From positions 9,335 to 73,334 of the forward strand of contig JBGSIO010000145.1 in assembly GCA_041742455.1 (NCBI GenBank): DNA of 64,000 bases. Reading direction: 5' to 3'. Position numbers and translations under genes: made by a program. The notes under the pieces are model-generated. The model was given only the letters and a program-made list of their open reading frames with translations. It was not told the DNA's origin and searched no databases. Positions 37,803 through 47,171 of this stretch are shown here, one piece after another; within the stretch, counting starts at the first letter, position 1; each line of letters opens with the position of its first letter. The DNA comes from Nitrospira sp. (GTDB lineage: Bacteria; Nitrospirota; Nitrospiria; Nitrospirales; Nitrospiraceae).

Positions 37803-38018
37803 ATGAACATACAGCCGCGAACAAAACTGATTCACGAAGGGCGATATTTGGCCGAAGTCGACGTTGAACTGTTAGTAACCGATGACGAGTGGTCTCCCTA
37901 CCTATCGGTCGAAGACGCCTATAAACTCGATGAGGTGCGTGAGGCGTTAAAAACCGGAGACACCACGACAGCAGCACGATACGGCCGTGTGTTCGCTCTG
38001 ACTCCGATTGCCGTCTAA
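37803..38018 (+). CDS. Small TA-associated (antitoxin-like) protein
   Basis: HEGRYLAEVDVEL...WSPYLSVEDAYKLDEVREAL; stop codon lies inside GTCTAAC. Confidence 0.7.
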   Translation: MNIQPRTKLIHEGRYLAEVDVELLVTDDEWSPYLSVEDAYKLDEVREALKTGDTTTAARYGRVFALTPIAV

Positions 38019-38080
38019 CCATTGTTCTGAGTGCAACCACGGAAGCGCCGTGAGCCCCTCGTCACCTCAACTCTGTAAAC
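38013..38080 (+). other. Eroded attC-like site
   Basis: Perfect RYYYAAC (GTCTAAC) over the stop codon; CTCAACTC L'-like remnant; no intact R'. Confidence 0.4.
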
Positions 38081-38273
38081 TCAGGCAGACTTCCTCTTAC
38101 TATGCTATCCATAATGATAGAGCTGCTTGATCCTTGCATGCGCGCCTTCAACCTCACGTGAGAAGATTGCAAACATCTCCTCTCCCAGTTCGGCTATTCT
38201 GCACAAGTCAGCAATAGCCGCAATGGAACTGTGCCGGGCGATATGGTATGCGGACGCGGCGCTATGGAGAGCG

Positions 38274-38364
38274 TTGACAAGTGATTAAACACGCGCAAGA
38301 ATCACTGACCAGTTTTTAGTTCGGCGGCGGGTAGTATGCAGGTCAGTATACTCAGTTGTTAGCC
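38274..38364 (+). other. Promoter plus attI-like module, copy 1
   Basis: TTGACA-N17-AAGAAT, then about 55 nt ending in GTTAGCC, 13 nt before the ATG; ungapped homology to 39461-39551. Confidence 0.55.
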
Positions 38365-38377
38365 CTCTGAGGCTCTA

Positions 38378-39355
38378 ATGTCTAAGCCGCTATTTGAAAT
38401 CGATATCTCACCCTCAGCTCAGTCAAGCCTAGAGGCTCATTCTCTCCTCGCGTCAGTTGACCCGAGTGCATGTCACCATCTGTGCTGCCAGCTACGCTTG
38501 CCACTCGGGATCTACAACCTCTCAGTTTCCCGCATCAGCGAGCGGCTCTTCTCGCTCTGCAAGCGTCTTGAGGAGTACTTCACGGCATCAGCTGACATTA
38601 ACACGCTTGGGAAAAAGCGGCAGCTTCGCACGGAGATCGTCGATTTCATGGAGCTTGCGATCTATGCAGCCGCAGAGCACGTCGATGATATCGATTCGAT
38701 CGCAAATGGTTTCTTCAGCCACGGGGAGTACGCTAAAAAGAATGCTGCGTATCGACACCTGAATACCAAGATTAAGGAACACAAACGTTACCTCTCCGCT
38801 ACTGCCAACGCCATCAAGCATAGTCAGGCAAGGTTACGACTCTACTCGTGTGAATTCCGACAGCCAGGAGTTCACAGTTGCCTTCACGGCTATTTCGTAG
38901 AGGGCGTAGAGTATGGTGTGGTAGGTCCCAACAAACTGCTTCACAAAGATCATGTCGTCTTCTCGGTAACTACCCTGGTCTGGGAGATCATTACCTTCGT
39001 CCTTCAGTGCTCCCGAGACCTGAAGGTCTTTCTCTCCTCGCGAGCGGCACTCCTGCCCAACATCGTGGAAGCATCTTCCGACCGATTCACGAAGGCTGTC
39101 AGTTCTGCGGCAAGGCTTCCCCTATATAGCTTTGGCGAGGAGCATCCGTTCTCCCGTTCAACAGTTAAGATACAGGCATCGAGCAACGAAGCTTCTGATC
39201 TGGACTCAAAGCTATACGGATCGCTCAAGACCCCATGGGCAGTCTCTGCACCGCCGGTCTTTGGCCCTGATCGATCCGAATTCGATGGGGACGGCTGTTC
39301 ACATCAGTTCCGCATTGTTCAACCGAAGAATATTTCGTTTCATCATTGGCAGTGA
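38378..39355 (+). CDS. Hypothetical cassette-like protein (325 aa), possibly HEPN-related
   Basis: Bounded by GTTAGCC (38358) and GCCTAAC (39359); helical, with a NAIKH motif. Confidence 0.7.
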   Translation: MSKPLFEIDISPSAQSSLEAHSLLASVDPSACHHLCCQLRLPLGIYNLSVSRISERLFSLCKRLEEYFTASADINTLGKKRQLRTEIVDFMELAIYAAAEHVDDIDSIANGFFSHGEYAKKNAAYRHLNTKIKEHKRYLSATANAIKHSQARLRLYSCEFRQPGVHSCLHGYFVEGVEYGVVGPNKLLHKDHVVFSVTTLVWEIITFVLQCSRDLKVFLSSRAALLPNIVEASSDRFTKAVSSAARLPLYSFGEEHPFSRSTVKIQASSNEASDLDSKLYGSLKTPWAVSAPPVFGPDRSEFDGDGCSHQFRIVQPKNISFHHWQ

Positions 39356-39386
39356 GAGGCCTAACTTCCGCATGTGGCAAAATGAT

Positions 39387-39457
39387 GTCAGAGTGTCGTT
39401 GTGTTCGCGGACACCAAAATCACCAGAGCGGTTCTCTCGAAATTGCACTCTGACCCC
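39387..39457. repeat. 71-bp inverted-repeat element (REP/MITE-like), copy 1
   Basis: GTCAGAGTG...AAATTGCACTCTGACCCC; same length as and homologous to 40241-40311. Confidence 0.75.
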
Positions 39458-39460
39458 AAT

Positions 39461-39551
39461 TTCACAAGTTATTGAGCGCGCGCAACAATCGTTCGCCAGT
39501 CTTCGGTTGATCGGCGTGTATTATGCTGGTCAGTGTACTCAATAGCTATGA
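39461..39551 (+). other. Promoter plus attI-like module, copy 2
   Basis: TTCACA-N17-AACAAT; ends in GCTATGA(G), complementary bar one base to CTCATAAC at the end of the following ORF. Confidence 0.55.
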
Positions 39552-40057
39552 GGGTCACCGGAAGGAACAGTGATTCCGTGAAACTTCGCCAAGCACCACG
39601 GTTCCATGCGTACTTCCGTCGTCTCGAAGGCCGCGAGGTGATGGTTATGTCCCGCCATGACTGGGAGCAGGCGAGCCGGCTTCGCGAACTCGAGATGGCC
39701 CAAATCGACTTGAAACCGACGCCGATCGCTGGCGTGGCCGAAGTCAGCCAGATCGAAGCTGCGGTTGTCGTGCGAAAGTCGCCCATTGAGGTCGTCGTTG
39801 AGATTTACCGATACGATGCAGTCGACCTTCCTCTACCGATCAATTTGGATCGGTACCTGGTATGGGAAACCTTGCCACCTCATCGGAATTTCGTCACGAT
39901 GGTGAATGCGGCGTCAACAGAGGACAATGCCAACATGCAAGGCTTCTTAGATGATCATGTGTTTTTCATCAAGGACGTTGTACGAGCCGGCCACCACTTG
40001 GCCGATCTGCCTGAACACGTCAAGGCATTCATGCGTCGCGACGATGCGGCCTCATAA
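39548..40057 (+). CDS. Hypothetical cassette protein; ATG lies inside the core site
   Basis: ORF track 39533-40057; stop codon inside CTCATAAC. Confidence 0.7.
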   Translation: MRVTGRNSDSVKLRQAPRFHAYFRRLEGREVMVMSRHDWEQASRLRELEMAQIDLKPTPIAGVAEVSQIEAAVVVRKSPIEVVVEIYRYDAVDLPLPINLDRYLVWETLPPHRNFVTMVNAASTEDNANMQGFLDDHVFFIKDVVRAGHHLADLPEHVKAFMRRDDAAS

Positions 40058-40100
40058 CTTCGCGGGCGGGCTTCGCGCCCCTTTCACCGTGGCGTTAGTC
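40052..40100 (+). other. attC-like site, internally shortened
   Basis: TCATAAC-TTCGCGG-GCGGGCTTCGCGCCC-CTT-TCACCGTGGC-GTTAGTC with a central GGGC/GCCC hairpin. Confidence 0.6.
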
Positions 40101-40121
40101 GTAATGATGTAAAGAATCACC

Positions 40122-40238
40122 CTGGCAAATGCTGAGGCAACTGTAGAAGAACTGGTCGGACTGATCGAGCGAGGAGAGCTGCGCTTACCAGAAATGCAGC
40201 ACCGCTACGTGTGGCGATCCACAAGTGTAGAAAAATGA
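40122..40238 (+). pseudogene. N-terminal remnant of a DUF262 (GmrSD-family) gene
   Basis: Reads LANAEATVEELVGLIERGELRLPEMQHRYVWRST then stops at the second 71-bp element; CTG in place of a start codon. Confidence 0.75.
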
Positions 40239-40240
40239 GG

Positions 40241-40311
40241 GTCAGAGTGTCATTGTGTTCTCAGACGCCCTAATTACATGAGCGACGTTCTGAAAATTGC
40301 ACTCTGAACTC
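40241..40311. repeat. 71-bp inverted-repeat element, copy 2
   Basis: GGGTCAGAGTGTCATTGTGTTC...AAATTGCACTCTGA. Confidence 0.75.
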
Positions 40312-40349
40312 AAAACGTGACCTGATCGGAACTCCAGACTACTCCTATC

Positions 40350-41012
40350 ATGATTGATGACCTCAAAAAGCTAATTGATCGCTCTGTTGAACTACTCGAA
40401 GAAGTTCAAAGAATTGAGTCAGGTCGCAATAAAAAAGAGGTGTCTCAGTTTGAAGTTAACAACCTCGCCTCCCGCGGTATGAATTTGATCCAATCCGTTG
40501 TCGGTCCGAAGTCGGTTTACTATGAGAATCTGCGTAACGCGCTGAAACAGAAGTGGACCGTCAGCCAATACATGGCAGTATCAGGTGTCCTTCAAGCGTT
40601 CCACCTGGACCTCGCAAAAGGCCACCTCGTAAATATTCGCCATGAAGTGGAAGCTGTGGTGGTCTCGGAAATCCTTACCCAGGCAAGAAAACTATCCAAG
40701 ACAAAGGGAGTTCATCCAGCCGCGGCAGTAATAGTAGCCTGCGCGGGTGTCGAGGAATTTTTACGCAACTGGTGTGAAGAAAAGTCCATCGTTATCACTG
40801 AGAAACAACGATCCATTGCCAAGTTTGCCTCTGAACTTCGAAGCAATGGCCATATCGAATTACCTGTAGAGCGAAGAATTTCGTCTTGGGCTGATTACCG
40901 CAACGATGCCGCCCATGGTGCTGATTGGCAGAAGATCACTCAAGAAATCGCCAACCGCGTAATTCGTGAAATCGAGGAGTTCATTCTTGAGAACCGAAAG
41001 ATTCTAGGCTAA
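40350..41012 (+). CDS. HEPN-motif protein (candidate RNase effector)
   Basis: C-terminal ...EEFLRNW...YRNDAAHG (Rx4H) in a helical context. Confidence 0.7.
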   Translation: MIDDLKKLIDRSVELLEEVQRIESGRNKKEVSQFEVNNLASRGMNLIQSVVGPKSVYYENLRNALKQKWTVSQYMAVSGVLQAFHLDLAKGHLVNIRHEVEAVVVSEILTQARKLSKTKGVHPAAAVIVACAGVEEFLRNWCEEKSIVITEKQRSIAKFASELRSNGHIELPVERRISSWADYRNDAAHGADWQKITQEIANRVIREIEEFILENRKILG

Positions 41013-41238
41013 GCGCCAAATACCCAACCGATTATTCCTCCTGACATTGCACACAAAGGATCACAGGCCGCTGAAACTAAGCCGAGCCTCGAGGTTTGCG
41101 GTGGGAGAAAGCAGAGGATCAGCAGCGCTGTAGGTCTTCACTTGCTTCCCACTTTCAAACACAAAGGGAGCAGTCAGGTTGTCGTTCTCATTCAGTGGAA
41201 TACGATGGGCAGACGTGGGCGTTTCACGAGCACTTGGA

Positions 41239-41847
41239 TCAACCGGGCCGACCTTGCCCCATCTTACTCTCCGTCCCCTTCCACAACCGCTCAATATTCC
41301 CCTTGTGCTTAATCACGATTAACCCGCTCACGATCACTGAAAAAATGATAAACGCTGTCGTCGGACGAACCAACGCAGCGATGACGGGAAACAATCCAAA
41401 CGCAGTCAGTGCGCCGCCGGAAGAGTAGCGCCAGAGTGCCACCGCTCCGATCCAGGCTAGCAGAAGCAACAGCCCAATCAACGGCGCGACTCCAAGGACA
41501 GACCCCAGCGCAGTCGCGACTCCCTTTCCACCTTTGAATCCTAGAAACGGCGAAAAGAGATGGCCCAGAAACGGAGCAAGCGCGACGGCCAGAATCGCCC
41601 ATTCATCCTCCAGCAGCTGCGTCGCCGCAAATCCCATCACCCACCCTTTACCCATGTCCCCGACCAAAGTCAGGATACCGGGTATCTTGCCCGACACACG
41701 CAGCACATTCGTAAACCCGACGTTCTTGCTCCCGACCGTGCGAGGATCCGGCAGACCCATCGCCCTTGAGATGACGACCCCAAACGGGACTGCCCCCAGC
41801 AGATATCCACACACCACAAGCCCAATGATCAGTCCGAGATGATCCAT
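41239..41847 (-). CDS. plsY: Glycerol-3-phosphate acyltransferase
   Basis: YLLGAVPFG, GSKNVGFTNVLR, GHLFSPFLGFKGGKGVAT, KHKGNIERL. Confidence 0.95.
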   Translation of the reverse strand: MDHLGLIIGLVVCGYLLGAVPFGVVISRAMGLPDPRTVGSKNVGFTNVLRVSGKIPGILTLVGDMGKGWVMGFAATQLLEDEWAILAVALAPFLGHLFSPFLGFKGGKGVATALGSVLGVAPLIGLLLLLAWIGAVALWRYSSGGALTAFGLFPVIAALVRPTTAFIIFSVIVSGLIVIKHKGNIERLWKGTESKMGQGRPG

Positions 41848-41912
41848 AGTCTATTTGAAGGTATCGCTGCCGTTTATTTCCGCATTACCTACCACAAGCC
41901 TGTGCCTGAACG

Positions 41913-42785
41913 TCATTGGAACTTTTCAGGATGCACAAAGAAGTCGAGCATGACTCGATTCAGATTGGGCCAGTCGCGATGGCTGCCGGTTCCTTCGCAA
42001 TAGAGCGTTGTGCCGCCTGAGGCACAGCCTTGATACGCGCGGCATCCTCCCTCCAGTGGTTTCGTCTTCGTCACATCACACTGGTTGCATCCCGCCCAAC
42101 AGGCTGAAGTTTGGATTCCCCAGCCGGGAAATAGCTTGTCGTTCTTGCTATGCATAGTCATGACCGGGATGGGAGCTCGGCATTGATAGGCCTCAAGGTC
42201 TTTGCCGGTCACCCCAGCAGCACTCGGTGCAATGGCAGCCGGCACCTTCTTCGTCTTTTCGATTACGGCCAGCATCAAGGACGCGGTGCCTCCATCTGAA
42301 TGGCCGGTGACAGACACTCTGTGCTCATCGATGCACCACTCCTTTGCCACCAGGTCAGGAATCGTCCCAAGCTGTTCAATGGTCGAAATATTCAACGGTT
42401 TGTGATCGGTATAGACGACGACCAACCCTACGCCGGTCGCTGCAGTCGTGAGGCCTGTGAGACGCTCGGATTCCCAGCGGCTCAGCCCAGCCGGCGCATA
42501 CACGATCAAGAGAGGATGGGCAAATGTCGGGTCATAGTTGGACGGCGTACGGACCATATACCGGATACCGTCAGCCGAGACTTTTCCGTCTGTCGCACCG
42601 GCGAGCCCTGAACGTGCACCGGCTTCACACCGGGGTGCCGACGGAGTATTTGCATAGACGTAGGTTTCTAATTGAGGAGGCGTTCCGTTCTCGGTGCAGG
42701 CGGTAACTAGGAAGAAAAGACTGATACAGGTAATAATCTGATCTGAAAACCGCGGTCCAGGGACGGCGAGGGATTTCAAGCCCAT
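41913..42785 (-). CDS. Lipoprotein alpha/beta-hydrolase (PHB depolymerase/LpqC-like esterase)
   Basis: LVTAC lipobox; GHSDGG nucleophile elbow; HSKND and GSH. Confidence 0.75.
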   Translation of the reverse strand: MGLKSLAVPGPRFSDQIITCISLFFLVTACTENGTPPQLETYVYANTPSAPRCEAGARSGLAGATDGKVSADGIRYMVRTPSNYDPTFAHPLLIVYAPAGLSRWESERLTGLTTAATGVGLVVVYTDHKPLNISTIEQLGTIPDLVAKEWCIDEHRVSVTGHSDGGTASLMLAVIEKTKKVPAAIAPSAAGVTGKDLEAYQCRAPIPVMTMHSKNDKLFPGWGIQTSACWAGCNQCDVTKTKPLEGGCRAYQGCASGGTTLYCEGTGSHRDWPNLNRVMLDFFVHPEKFQ

Positions 42786-42798
42786 ATCAGGCGTGCTA

Positions 42799-43034
42799 CA
42801 GGATGTTCAAACGGGACATCCAGCGAGGCCGCAGCGAGGCGATGAATAAGGAGCCTCACGTTTGCAGACGGGCGCGAGATGGTGAGCGCCCCGTGTCTTA
42901 AAGGGCCGAGGCATAAGCTTTCTCACCCGCCCACCCCGAGCAGCCAGAGCAGCCAGAGCAGCTCTCTCCCGCTTTGGTATGTTGAGGGTCTGAGCGATGC
43001 GAGAACGAAGCTGGGGTCTCGTTTCAACATCCTG
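42799..43034. mobile_element. MITE-like element with terminal inverted repeats and an apparent 4-bp target duplication (GCTA)
   Basis: CAGGATGTTCAAACGGGAC ... GTCTCGTTTCAACATCCTG; GCTA at 42795-42798 and 43035-43038; internal GAGCAGCCA tandem; no ORF. Confidence 0.75.
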
Positions 43035-43035
43035 G

Positions 43036-43632
43036 CTACAGTCCTTTGGCGACGACCTGCTTCCAAAAGCTCCACACATACTGACCACCGGAGACATAGC
43101 CCAGCACGAGCGAGAGGTACAAGGTGAAAATGCCTGCTAAGTGCATATTCCCGAGTTCAGCGAGCCCTGTCCCTTCTAGGATCAGCAAGATAATCGCCAC
43201 CACTTGTAGGGCCATCTTGTATTTGCCGGTCGTCTCTGCCGCGATGATCATTCCTTCTCCTGCCGCAATGGCTCGGATGCCCGTGACCGCTAACTCTCGC
43301 GCAACGATCAACAGGACGACCACTGCGCTGACTCGCTCCACGTTCATGAGGAGAATCAATGCGGACAGAACCAACAGTTTGTCTGCGATGGGATCGAGCA
43401 GCTTGCCCAGCTTCGTCACCTGGCCTGTTCGCCTGGCGATATACCCATCCAACATATCTGTGACCGCCGCGACGGCGAAAATGATCGCGGCCGCCAGCGA
43501 CTGATCCGGCGTGGGATTGACGAAGAGGATGATGAAGACCGGGATCAAAAGAATGCGGGCGAGCGTCAAGACATTGGGCACATTGAGCGATTCCGCCCCG
43601 ATGTCTCGCCACACTTCCAAGACACGATTCAT
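43036..43632 (-). CDS. pgsA: CDP-diacylglycerol--glycerol-3-phosphate 3-phosphatidyltransferase
   Basis: NVPNVLTLARI, TDMLDGYIARRTGQVTKLGKLLDPIADK. Confidence 0.95.
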   Translation of the reverse strand: MNRVLEVWRDIGAESLNVPNVLTLARILLIPVFIILFVNPTPDQSLAAAIIFAVAAVTDMLDGYIARRTGQVTKLGKLLDPIADKLLVLSALILLMNVERVSAVVVLLIVARELAVTGIRAIAAGEGMIIAAETTGKYKMALQVVAIILLILEGTGLAELGNMHLAGIFTLYLSLVLGYVSGGQYVWSFWKQVVAKGL

Positions 43633-43690
43633 CGTTTCGTCCTCTGACTAGAATGCTATCGCACGACGTCGACCTGACTACGCCATCCTG

Positions 43691-44716
43691 CTACACAATC
43701 CCGTTCTTGAGCAAGTCATGAAGATGGACGACGCCACGGATAGTCCGCTCATTTTCTACGACCACCAATGTCGTAATTGAAAACCGTTCCATCATCTCGA
43801 CCGCCTTGGCTGCCAGCTCATCTGGTCCGATGGTCTTGGGATTCTGCGAGGCCAACTCCCGCGCCGTGGTGTTGACTAAATCCGTCCCTCGTTGGATAAA
43901 GCGTCGCAAGTCTCCATCGGTAATCACGCCGACCAACAACCCTTCCTGATCCACGACGGTCGTCATGCCGAGTTTTTTTGCCGTCATCTCCAGCATGGCG
44001 GCCATGCCTCCGACAGAGGCTTCCACCATGGGAACGTCCGATTCAGCATGCATGAGGTCCTTCACATTCACCAGCAATCGCCGACCCAACGTTCCACCGG
44101 GATGAAATCGAGCAAAGTCTTCTTCTTTGAATTCGCGTTTCTGCAGCAACGCCACGGCGAGCGCATCGCCGAGCGCCAGTGTCGCGGTCGTGCTGGCGGT
44201 CGGCGCTAATCCCATAGGACAAGCTTCTTCCGCAACCGAGACGTCCAGCACCACATCGGAATTCTTCGCCAAGGTGGAGTTCATACGCCCTGTGCATGCA
44301 ATGACCGGAATGCCCAGGCGTTTCACGAAGGGAAGCAACTGTAATAGTTCCTGTGTTTCACCGCTGTTGGAGATCGTCACCAATACATCCCGGCGTGCCA
44401 ACATGCCGAGATCTCCATGGACACCTTCGGCCGGGTGTAAGAAGAAGGAGGAGGTCCCGGTGCTGGCAAGAGTCGCAGCGATTTTTTGTCCAATCAGACC
44501 AGACTTGCCCATCCCGGAGACAACCACTTTTCCCTTACAGCGAGCCAGCACGTCCACGGCCTTGACGAACCGATCGTCCAGCCGTTCGATCAATGCCTCG
44601 ACCGCCCGCGCTTCGATTTCCAGCACGCGCCGACCCTCGGCGAGACTGCCGCTCCCCTTCTCAGCTTTCGAGACTCGAGCCGCCGATGTCAGCTTTACGG
44701 TTTTGTCGCGTTCCAT
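43691..44716 (-). CDS. kdsD: Arabinose-5-phosphate isomerase (SIS plus CBS domains)
   Basis: [35 protein letters not shown]. Confidence 0.95.
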   Translation of the reverse strand: MERDKTVKLTSAARVSKAEKGSGSLAEGRRVLEIEARAVEALIERLDDRFVKAVDVLARCKGKVVVSGMGKSGLIGQKIAATLASTGTSSFFLHPAEGVHGDLGMLARRDVLVTISNSGETQELLQLLPFVKRLGIPVIACTGRMNSTLAKNSDVVLDVSVAEEACPMGLAPTASTTATLALGDALAVALLQKREFKEEDFARFHPGGTLGRRLLVNVKDLMHAESDVPMVEASVGGMAAMLEMTAKKLGMTTVVDQEGLLVGVITDGDLRRFIQRGTDLVNTTARELASQNPKTIGPDELAAKAVEMMERFSITTLVVVENERTIRGVVHLHDLLKNGIV

Positions 44717-45516
44717 ATCCGTAGAACTCGTTCCAATAAGGGTTTCAAGTGATGCAACGGAACCATATTCGGCCCATCGGACAGCGCCTCATCCGGATTC
44801 GGATGAACCTCCATGAAAAATCCATCGACACCGGCTCCGGCGGCAGCACAGGCCAACGGCTCGACAAATTCACGTTGGCCGCTCGATTTCGTTCCTCCAC
44901 CCCCAGGCAGCTGAACGCTATGCGTCGCATCGAAGACCACAGGATATCCGAAGCCACGCATGATAGGGAAGGACCGCATATCAACGACCAGATTATTGTA
45001 GCCGAACGACGAACCGCGCTCGGTGAGGACAATGCGACGACTCCCGCATTCCTCGATCTTCTTTACGGCATTGCCCATTTCCGAGGGCGAGAGAAACTGC
45101 CCCTTCTTCACGTTCACGACGGCTCCGGTCTTAGCGGCTGCAATTAAGAGATCCGTCTGCCGACAGAGAAAGGCTGGAATCTGGAGCACATCCACCACCT
45201 TCCCGGCTTCCGTTGCCTGTTCTTCCGTATGTACATCGGTCAAAACAGGCAGCGCAAGCTGATCTTTCACCTTCTTGAGGATCGCAAGCCCGCTTTCAAG
45301 ACCAGGGCCACGAAAGGAGGTGATGGATGTTCTATTGGCCTTATCAAACGACGACTTAAAGATGTACGGAATTCCTAACGCTTTTGCGATCTCGGCGATC
45401 CGGCCGGCCGTCTCCATGACAACCTGCTCGCTCTCGATCACACAGGGACCGGCAATGAGAAACGGACGTTGTCCTTGCCCGACCTTGAAGGAACCGATTT
45501 CGATGAGCTGTGCCAT
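44695..45516 (-). CDS. kdsA: KDO8P synthase
   Basis: [31 protein letters not shown]. Confidence 0.97.
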   Translation of the reverse strand: MAQLIEIGSFKVGQGQRPFLIAGPCVIESEQVVMETAGRIAEIAKALGIPYIFKSSFDKANRTSITSFRGPGLESGLAILKKVKDQLALPVLTDVHTEEQATEAGKVVDVLQIPAFLCRQTDLLIAAAKTGAVVNVKKGQFLSPSEMGNAVKKIEECGSRRIVLTERGSSFGYNNLVVDMRSFPIMRGFGYPVVFDATHSVQLPGGGGTKSSGQREFVEPLACAAAGAGVDGFFMEVHPNPDEALSDGPNMVPLHHLKPLLERVLRIWNATKP

Positions 45517-45525
45517 AGCTTACAA

Positions 45526-47127
45526 TTAGTGTCCTAGTTTTCTGCGCAAAGCCGCTCCTACAAACCCGCTGAATAGCGGATGTGGACGATGCGGGCGAGA
45601 GCTATACTCAGGATGGAACTGGGTGCCTAAAAACCAGGGATGATCCTTCAATTCGATGATCTCGACGAGGCGACCATCGGGAGACACTCCACTCAAGACC
45701 AGCCCCTTCGCGGTCAGCTGCTCCCGATACGCATTGTTGAATTCATAGCGATGCCGATGGCGTTCACGGACCTCGCTCACTCCGTACATCTTCTGCGCGA
45801 GTGTCCCCTCTCCCAACTTGCAGAGATACGATCCGAGCCGCATCGTGCCGCCTTTATCACTCACCGCATGCTGATCAGGCATGAGATGGATGACGGGATG
45901 AGGCGACCGTTCGTCAAACTCGGCGCTGTTGGCGTCGGCAAGCCCGGCCACGTTCCGCGCAAACTCGATCACAGCGCATTGCATCCCCAAACACAGACCC
46001 AGGAACGGCAGCTGGCGTTCCCGCGCATACTTGATGGTGGCGACTTTTCCCTCGATCCCCCTCGTCCCAAACCCACCTGGAATCAAGACGCCGTCAGCCT
46101 CTCGCAAGATACGCTCGGTGCCTTGCCGCTCGATGTCTTCGGACTCGATCCAATGGATATGGACCTTGGTTTCATGATCGATCCCGCCGTGGACCAACGC
46201 CTCGCCTAAGCTTTTGTAACATTCCTTCAGCCCCACGTACTTCCCCACCAGCGCGACAGAGATCTCGTGCTTCGGCCGCTTGATCTTCTGCACCATCGCA
46301 TCCCATTCACGAAGGTTGGGCTGACCGGTCTCCAAATGGAGCTGCCGAACGATCAATTCATCCAACCCCTCCTTTCGGAACACGATCGGCACTTCATAGA
46401 TGGTCTCGACGTCTTTCGCGGTGATAACGGCGTCCTTGTCCACGTTACAGAACATGGCAATTTTGCCTTTGAGTTCCGGCGGAATGTAGCGGTCGGTTCG
46501 GCACAGCAGAATGTTGGGCTGGATACCGATCTCGCGAAGCTTGTTGACCGAATGTTGTGTCGGCTTGGTCTTTAGCTCGCCGGCCGTTCCGATATAGGGC
46601 ACTAAGGTCAGGTGAACGTACAAGACGTTATCGCGCCCGACGTCATACGGCATCTGCCGGATCGCTTCCAGAAACGGCAAGCTTTCAATGTCGCCGACCG
46701 TACCCCCGATCTCGACGATCGTGACATCGATCCCTTTTGAGATGCGCATGATCGCTTGTTTGATCTCATCCGTCACATGGGGCACGACCTGGACTGTTCC
46801 ACCGAGATAATCTCCTCGCCGCTCTTTCGTGATGACGGAGTGATAGATCCGACCGGTCGTGTAATTGCTCTCTCTGGTGAGTGAGAGGGTGGTGAACCGT
46901 TCATAATGTCCGAGGTCGAGATCCGTTTCGGCTCCATCGTCCGTGACATAGACCTCGCCATGTTGATAGGGGTTCATCGTGCCGGGATCGACGTTGATGT
47001 ACGGATCCAGTTTCAGAAAGGTGATCTTCAACCCCCGGCTCTCCAGCAGGTTTCCGATGGCGGCCGAAGCCAGTCCTTTCCCCAATGATGAGACCACTCC
47101 TCCCGTCACGAAAATGAATTTATTCAT
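45526..47127 (-). CDS. pyrG: CTP synthase
   Basis: [34 protein letters not shown]. Confidence 0.98.
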   Translation of the reverse strand: MNKFIFVTGGVVSSLGKGLASAAIGNLLESRGLKITFLKLDPYINVDPGTMNPYQHGEVYVTDDGAETDLDLGHYERFTTLSLTRESNYTTGRIYHSVITKERRGDYLGGTVQVVPHVTDEIKQAIMRISKGIDVTIVEIGGTVGDIESLPFLEAIRQMPYDVGRDNVLYVHLTLVPYIGTAGELKTKPTQHSVNKLREIGIQPNILLCRTDRYIPPELKGKIAMFCNVDKDAVITAKDVETIYEVPIVFRKEGLDELIVRQLHLETGQPNLREWDAMVQKIKRPKHEISVALVGKYVGLKECYKSLGEALVHGGIDHETKVHIHWIESEDIERQGTERILREADGVLIPGGFGTRGIEGKVATIKYARERQLPFLGLCLGMQCAVIEFARNVAGLADANSAEFDERSPHPVIHLMPDQHAVSDKGGTMRLGSYLCKLGEGTLAQKMYGVSEVRERHRHRYEFNNAYREQLTAKGLVLSGVSPDGRLVEIIELKDHPWFLGTQFHPEYSSRPHRPHPLFSGFVGAALRRKLGH

Positions 47128-47171
47128 GGCTGCCCTCTTTGATGGACATCAGACCGATCCGAATATGGCGC

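Noticed and set aside
38090-38275. Integron integrase remnant upstream of attI-like copy 1
   Set aside because: The minus strand has a ~59-codon open stretch (…AIADLCRIAELGEEMFAIFSREVEG…) but no tyrosine-recombinase motifs; I could not assign it.
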